From: Bdellovibrionales bacterium
Lineage (GTDB): Bacteria > Bdellovibrionota > Bdellovibrionia > Bdellovibrionales > JAUICD01
Direction of reading: 5' to 3'
NCBI GenBank assembly: GCA_965203275.1
Contig: OZ241865.1
Location: forward strand, 1,504,001-1,568,000
Length of the DNA: 64,000 bases
Shown here: positions 58,181 through 64,000 of the stretch, in pieces
How positions within the stretch are numbered: position 1 is the first letter of the stretch
Layout: each line of letters opens with the position of its first letter
Notes under the pieces: model-generated
What the model was told of the DNA's origin: nothing
The model's database searches: none
Seen by the model: only the letters and a program-made list of their open reading frames with translations
Program-made: the position numbers and the translations under genes

Positions 58181-59650
58181 ATGATTTTAGATAGTGTAAA
58201 AAATGAATTTAAAATTTATGTGATAGAACCTAATAAAGCTTCTTCTGATGCTTTATGTCATGCTCTTGAAGAGTCAGGGTTCCATATAACAGCCTTTCTT
58301 ACAGCAGAAGACGCTCTTGAAAATTTAAAAAAAGAACCCCCTCATATCATTGTAACTCATACAGACTTACCTCAAATGACAGGATTAGCCTTATTAAAAC
58401 GTGTTAAGTATTTAAGTGATGATATTTTAGTCATATTAATCACATCGAATAAAAGCCAAGGAATTCAAACAGGAGCTTATGAATGTATAGATCAAAGTCA
58501 AATAGAAGCAAATCTCATCAATGTTCTCAATAGAGCTATTGAAAAGCTCTATTTGCAATTTCAAAATGAACAACTTTTAGAAGAGCTGAAACATCACCAA
58601 ACATCACAATCAGTCAATCAATCGACAACAGATCAACATAAACCTTCATTTGATCCTATCCATCAAATGATCAATAAGATTTCTGTTCTCACAAGTACCA
58701 ATGAGGTGATTTGTTGTCTTACTGATCAATTATTTAATTTAATGGGACAACCTACACTATACCTTAAATATGTACCTTCACATACATCTTTACTACTCAC
58801 CCACCTATCAGGACTAGATATCAATAATTTTAAAAATGCAGGCATCCCTTTAAAAGGTGAGCCAAACTCTTATTTAGAAAAAATAAAACATCCACACACC
58901 TTTGACCTTTTACAAAATTTTATAACATCTGTCTTTCAAGTGGAATCTTGTTATGCTATTCCTATCACTGTAGACAAGAATATACTAGGAGTTGTTGTGA
59001 TTTTAAATAAAATCAAAGATCAATATAAAAACATAATAAATGTTTTGTTGGATATGTTTAAAGGATTTTTAGAAAAGGCCTACTTTCAAGAGAAAATGCA
59101 AAGCTTAATGGCTTTTGATTTATCTACAGGGGCATACAACAAAAAATATTTTACAAAAATTTTAGATCAAGAGATCAATCGTGCTGTTCGTATAAGGCAT
59201 CCTGTCTCTTTGCTCTATATGGGCATTGATGATTTTGACTTTTATGTTCAACGCAACGGAGAACAAATGGGTGATATTTTGTTAAAAATGGTGGTCCACA
59301 TTTGTGTTAAAACAAGCCGTAAAATTGACTTAATGGCTCGATTCCAAAAAGGAGAGTTTGTGATATTGTTACCTCATACAGATAAAGATAAAGCTATGAT
59401 TAAAGCAGAAAGATTTCGTCGCACTATATTTAATGCCAAATTTCCTTACAGCAATTACCAACCATCAGGACATTTATCTATCAGTATAGGTATTTCAGAA
59501 TATCCTACCCTCTCTCAGGATGCTATATCACTGATCCAAGTAGCTGATAATGCTTTTTATCAAGTGAAACAGTCCACAAAAAATCGCACTTGTATTGGTA
59601 TAGCTCCTAAAGGCTTCAAACCTGAATTTACATACCTTGTGAATAATTAA
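58181..59650 (+). CDS. REC-GAF-like-GGDEF protein with degenerate active site
   Basis: N-terminal receiver-like domain; DLSTGAYN, GIDDF, RKIDLMARFQKGEF, SIGI. Confidence 0.85.
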   Translation: MILDSVKNEFKIYVIEPNKASSDALCHALEESGFHITAFLTAEDALENLKKEPPHIIVTHTDLPQMTGLALLKRVKYLSDDILVILITSNKSQGIQTGAYECIDQSQIEANLINVLNRAIEKLYLQFQNEQLLEELKHHQTSQSVNQSTTDQHKPSFDPIHQMINKISVLTSTNEVICCLTDQLFNLMGQPTLYLKYVPSHTSLLLTHLSGLDINNFKNAGIPLKGEPNSYLEKIKHPHTFDLLQNFITSVFQVESCYAIPITVDKNILGVVVILNKIKDQYKNIINVLLDMFKGFLEKAYFQEKMQSLMAFDLSTGAYNKKYFTKILDQEINRAVRIRHPVSLLYMGIDDFDFYVQRNGEQMGDILLKMVVHICVKTSRKIDLMARFQKGEFVILLPHTDKDKAMIKAERFRRTIFNAKFPYSNYQPSGHLSISIGISEYPTLSQDAISLIQVADNAFYQVKQSTKNRTCIGIAPKGFKPEFTYLVNN

Positions 59651-59686
59651 TAAATTCAATTTTACGATAAAGCTTATTTAGGTGGT

Positions 59687-60073
59687 ATGATGAACAAACT
59701 GTATGGACAAAAACTCATTGAAGAATCAAGGCTAGAGGTCTTTGAAAATAGAAATAAACACAGAAAATACACTATTTATTTTGAATGTCCTGAATTTACT
59801 TGCCTTTGTCCACGAAGTGGGTTTCCTGACTTTGCTAACATCAAGATTAAATATATACCAGATCAGCTTTGTGTTGAGCTTAAATCACTTAAGCTCTATA
59901 TCAATCGATTTAGAGACCAACATATCTTCCATGAAGATGTGACCAATCACATTTTAGATGATCTTACTAAAGCCTTAGACCCTTGGTTTATTGAAGTTAT
60001 AGGTGATTTCAATGTAAGAGGCAATATCAAAGCAATCATTACAGCTCAGCATTCTAAAGAATCTAAAGCTTGA
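59687..60073 (+). CDS. queF: preQ0 reductase (7-cyano-7-deazaguanine reductase)
   Basis: [35 protein letters not shown]. Confidence 0.95.
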   Translation: MMNKLYGQKLIEESRLEVFENRNKHRKYTIYFECPEFTCLCPRSGFPDFANIKIKYIPDQLCVELKSLKLYINRFRDQHIFHEDVTNHILDDLTKALDPWFIEVIGDFNVRGNIKAIITAQHSKESKA

Positions 60074-60100
60074 TATGGAGCTTTAATCTACTTGAATGCT

Positions 60101-60377
60101 TTTAACAAAGGGTGCGTCAAAAAAATAAATCCTGTTGACTTTTAGTTTTATGAAGTTATAATTAAGATAAAGCGGAGGTATTAAAAATGGATATGTATGA
60201 CATCTTAAAAATAACATTTGCCGTTGTTGTGGGAGTCATTAGTTCCGGTACTGGTTTAATTATTATTGCAAGATTTTTAATATCTCCAAATAAAGAACAA
60301 ATTAAAGAATTAAAAGAGAATCAAAAAGAAGTAACTGACCCGATTAAAGAACAGGTAAATAATCATATACCCACACA
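60101..60377 (+). repeat. 277-bp direct repeat (second copy 60576-60852) covering promoter and 5' half of two paralogs
   Basis: One visible mismatch; includes TTGACT-N16-TATAAT and GGAGG. Confidence 0.92.
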
Positions 60378-60540
60378 AATTAGAGAATTAAAAGAAAGCC
60401 TTAGAGAACTGAAAGAGGATCAAAGAGAGCTAAAAGAAGATCAGAGAGAACTGAAGCAAGAATTAAAGTCTGACATAAAAGCACTTGATCAAAAGCTTGA
60501 TAAATTAATTGAGAGGTCAAATAGTCACAGTCCCAGCTGA
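60187..60540 (+). CDS. TM + NNHIPTQ coiled-coil protein, short tail
   Basis: EQVNNHIPTQIRELKE..(ELKEDQR) repeats. Confidence 0.8.
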   Translation: MDMYDILKITFAVVVGVISSGTGLIIIARFLISPNKEQIKELKENQKEVTDPIKEQVNNHIPTQIRELKESLRELKEDQRELKEDQRELKQELKSDIKALDQKLDKLIERSNSHSPS

Positions 60541-60661
60541 TCGCCTTATTGATCCACCTCACTCCATCTGACTACTTTAACAAAGGGTGCGTCAAAAAAA
60601 TAAATCCTGTTGACTTTTAGTTTTATGAAGTTATAATTAAGATAAAGCGGAGGTATTAAAA

Positions 60662-61240
60662 ATGGATATGTATGACATCTTAAAAATAACATTTGCCGTT
60701 GTTGTGGGAGTCATTAGTTCCGGTACTGGTTTAATTATTATTGCAAGATTTTTAATATCTCCAAATAAAGAACAAATTAAAGAATTAAAAGAGAATCAAA
60801 AAGAAGTAACTGACCCGATTAAAGAACAAGTAAATAATCATATACCCACACAGATTGATACATTTAAAGAAAACCAAAAAGCACAAATCAACATATTAAA
60901 AGCAAATCAAGAATTACTCAAAGAGCATCAAGCTACACAAATTAATGCATTGAGAGAAAGTCAAAAGGAATTAAAGGAAAATCAAAAGGAATTAAAAGAG
61001 AATCAAAAGGAATTAAAAGCTGAAATAAAAGCAATCGACCAGAAACTTGATCAAAAGTTTGATGCTCTCACTAAGAAAATTGATAGGGAAGCCGAACAAA
61101 ATAATCAAAAGTTTGATGCTCTCACTAAGAAAATTGATAAGGAAGCCGAACAAAATAATAAAAACTTCGAAAAAATTAATCAACGTATCGACGTCCTATT
61201 GGATATATTCACATCAAATGCAAAAAAACCTGAAAAATAA
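60662..61240 (+). CDS. TM + NNHIPTQ coiled-coil protein, long tail
   Basis: Same first 65 aa, then ELKENQK repeats and duplicated QKFDALTKKID.EAEQNN. Confidence 0.8.
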   Translation: MDMYDILKITFAVVVGVISSGTGLIIIARFLISPNKEQIKELKENQKEVTDPIKEQVNNHIPTQIDTFKENQKAQINILKANQELLKEHQATQINALRESQKELKENQKELKENQKELKAEIKAIDQKLDQKFDALTKKIDREAEQNNQKFDALTKKIDKEAEQNNKNFEKINQRIDVLLDIFTSNAKKPEK

Positions 61241-61455
61241 AGAAATACTAAGTCTTTCCTTAGTCTTTTGCTCCAGTTGCTAATAATAACTCTACTGACC
61301 AACCTGCTCTTTTAGACACTTAATACTTTAATGATTATTCTTAAGATAACTATTTCTCTGTATAGTATTCATAAGTTTGTTTATTATTTACTCTATTGGC
61401 AGGGCTTTAGACTTACTTTAATAAAACAAAAAGGCCGTTTTGCCATACATCAATA

Positions 61456-64000
61456 TTAAAGCATAACTCTTACATATTTATTGCCAGACTTTTTCATTAA
61501 GCCTCTCTTAACAAAAGCATCACCGATGATTTGGTATACTTTATTTGAAAATTTCATTTGTTTTGCTAGATTGAGTATTTTTAAACCAGCATCAGCAAAA
61601 TTATCAGAATAAGCCAATAAAGGTAAATGATTATGAAATAAGCGAGCTATTTTAACGCTATCAGTCTGTGGATGCATATAAACTTCATACCATATAGAGT
61701 TGTATATATATCCCATGTTGTGTATTTGGCCCTTACTACACTGGAACATGGCCGGTGCAGTTTTTTTCTCGATGCATCTGCTGGTCATTGGTCTTCTTAA
61801 CGTAATCATAGAATAATAAAAACTAGCCTGCCCTTCATTAATAGCACTATAGCAACCTAAAAAATCTTCACAACGCATATAATAACGACTGTCTCTAGAC
61901 TGAATTAGTCCTGTGTCTTGTTTTTTAGCATAAGTAAGATTTGCATGACCGGCCTCATGCATTATAACATACATGTTTAAAGAATATTTAGCATTCAAGA
62001 CAATTGTGTTATCTCCCGGTGACCAGCATCCCCCCCAATTATAACAAGTTCCCTTTTTATTTTTTGGACTTTCTGCAATTATTTCTTTATCTTCTGCATA
62101 CCATCCACCAGCATTTAACTTCATCCATGCCCTTTGATACATTAACCAATAATAAGTCGTGGTTTGATGTACTTCTCGTGGAATCCATAGCACCTTTCCA
62201 TTTTTCATAACAGCAACGTTACTGATCTTCCACTTACCATTTCTTAAAATAGCACGATCAATGGAAAATTTACCATACTTGTATGCAGGTTTTACTTTAT
62301 AATGACTGTTTTCAAGATAACTGCCTACGTTATCTGTGATATTAACAGCATAATTAGGAGAGCGTGATGCACTGTAAATACATGCATTGTAATTAGGATT
62401 TGTTCGGCAGTTTTGTACAATCTTCCCTGCCATTTTAGGCTTTGGTGGTGGTTTTTTTATTAGACAAGTGCGAGAATTGCGACCACCAAACATTCCATCA
62501 CATCGCCATCTATAATGAGTACTGATGTCAGCAATAGCTTTTTCATTGGCTCTACCTTTAAGACATCCGTTCTTATTGGCATTGTTACACTGCCCATTGA
62601 TAGGTTTTCTCTTGTAACAAGTACTAGAATTGTGACCACCATATTGTCCATCACATCGCCATACATAATAGTAAGCATCATCAGGGATAGCTTTATCATT
62701 GGCTCTGCCTGTGCGACATCCATTTCTAAGAGAATTGTTGCACTGCCCATTGATAGGTTTTCTAATTTGACAAGTGCCTGAGTTTCGACCTCCATGTTGT
62801 CCATCGCATCTCCATCTATGATGAGTGCTAGTATCAGGGATAGCCCTTTCATTGGCTAGCCCTCTAAGGCATCCGTTTCTATAAGCATTTTTACACTGTC
62901 CATTAATTGGTTTTCTAATTTGACAAGTGCTTGAGTTGCGGCCTCCATGCTGTCCATCACATCGCCATCTATAATGAGTACCGGTATCAGCAATAGCTTT
63001 TTCATTGGCTCTACCTTTAAGACATCCGTTCTTAGTGGCATTTTTACACTGCCCATCAATAGGCTTTATAAATTGACAAGTACCAGAATGGCGACCTCCA
63101 TGCTGTCCATCACATCGCCATCTATAATGAGTACCGGTATCAGCAATAGCCTTTATATTGGCTGTACCTCTAAGGCATCCGTTCTTAGTGGCATTTTTAC
63201 ATTGCCCATTGATTGGCTTTCTTTTTTGACAAGTGTCTGAGTTTTGACCGCCATGTTGTCCATCACACTGCCATTTATAATGTGTGTCTGTATCTGCCAC
63301 AGCCGTTGGGTTAGGCGTGCCAGCAGAACATCCATTTTTGACATTGTTATTGCATGCTCCATTAAGAGGTTTATCTTTCTGACAATCTGTAGCTGTTGTC
63401 CCTCCATGCTCCCCTTCACAATGCCATTTATAAAATTCTTCTGAATCTTCTAAAACCGCATCATTGAATTGACCTAAAAGACAACCATTTTTCTTTGAGT
63501 TATCACACTGTCCATTGATGGGTATTCTCTTATGACAGTCTATGACTGTCTTTCCATTGTTGACCCCCACACAGTGCCATTTATAAAATTCTTCTGTATC
63601 TGCTATGACAGCATCATCAGCATCACCTGCAAGACATCCATTCCTAATAGAATTGTCACATTGTCCATCTATACTTCTATCCGTAGTAAGATCTGGACGC
63701 TGATCATCCTCTCTGCTAACTAATGCAATACTCTCTGAACAAAAATGCTGTCCTATACTTTCTTTCAGAGAACCAAAATAACAAATATCATCATTGGCTG
63801 GGCAGTAATTATAATATTGATAGGATGAATCGGTCTGATCTCTTGAAGAAGTCCAAATTTTAAAAAGAGTCCTCTGACACTCTTCATTTGAACTTAAACT
63901 AATATCTATAGCATCTTGACAATTTATTGAAGAACGGCTTCTATTATTGAGCTGAAACTCACATCTGTTAGCATTTCTAATATCTAAATTTAAAGTTTGA
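61456..64000 (-). CDS. Large Cys-rich repeat protein with C-terminal gluzincin-like metalloprotease (5' end outside window)
   Basis: Frame stays open from 63570 to the window edge; eight ~51-aa 4-Cys repeats; HEAGH...AINEG. Confidence 0.85.
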   Translation of the reverse strand, partial: QTLNLDIRNANRCEFQLNNRSRSSINCQDAIDISLSSNEECQRTLFKIWTSSRDQTDSSYQYYNYCPANDDICYFGSLKESIGQHFCSESIALVSREDDQRPDLTTDRSIDGQCDNSIRNGCLAGDADDAVIADTEEFYKWHCVGVNNGKTVIDCHKRIPINGQCDNSKKNGCLLGQFNDAVLEDSEEFYKWHCEGEHGGTTATDCQKDKPLNGACNNNVKNGCSAGTPNPTAVADTDTHYKWQCDGQHGGQNSDTCQKRKPINGQCKNATKNGCLRGTANIKAIADTGTHYRWRCDGQHGGRHSGTCQFIKPIDGQCKNATKNGCLKGRANEKAIADTGTHYRWRCDGQHGGRNSSTCQIRKPINGQCKNAYRNGCLRGLANERAIPDTSTHHRWRCDGQHGGRNSGTCQIRKPINGQCNNSLRNGCRTGRANDKAIPDDAYYYVWRCDGQYGGHNSSTCYKRKPINGQCNNANKNGCLKGRANEKAIADISTHYRWRCDGMFGGRNSRTCLIKKPPPKPKMAGKIVQNCRTNPNYNACIYSASRSPNYAVNITDNVGSYLENSHYKVKPAYKYGKFSIDRAILRNGKWKISNVAVMKNGKVLWIPREVHQTTTYYWLMYQRAWMKLNAGGWYAEDKEIIAESPKNKKGTCYNWGGCWSPGDNTIVLNAKYSLNMYVIMHEAGHANLTYAKKQDTGLIQSRDSRYYMRCEDFLGCYSAINEGQASFYYSMITLRRPMTSRCIEKKTAPAMFQCSKGQIHNMGYIYNSIWYEVYMHPQTDSVKIARLFHNHLPLLAYSDNFADAGLKILNLAKQMKFSNKVYQIIGDAFVKRGLMKKSGNKYVRVML

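Overview
AT-rich bacterial chromosomal segment, probably Bdellovibrionota-like. This is an inference from gene content (FNNC-type lipoprotein, pilins, parAB next to bactofilin, FliA-like promoters); ankyrin and Rpn genes would fit a host-associated lineage. Housekeeping genes (nuoJKL, cyclophilin, trmD, rpoZ, rel, asnS split by a frameshift, dsbD, phnDC, rpoH-like sigma, rodA, aminotransferase, coaD, parAB, queF) alternate with accessory loci: HipBA, an Rpn nuclease followed by two orphan C-terminal cassettes, a single-chain restriction-modification gene flanked by a 278-bp duplication of the rodA 3' end, ankyrins, and a Cys-repeat metalloprotease. The most striking non-coding signal is a dispersed ~150-bp multi-branched palindromic element (family A, more than 20 full or partial copies). 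Its stems show extensive compensatory base changes, it has a conserved cGNNAg loop, it repeatedly nests into itself at CTC|TG, and it sits at gene truncations, cassette junctions and operon breaks. Also present are six perfect parS sites that partition single genes, a TM + NH[IL]P[TS]Q + coiled-coil paralog family with variable tails, and three smaller repeat families. No rRNA, tRNA, CRISPR array, intact transposase or integrase was recognised. All calls are by eye, without database searches.
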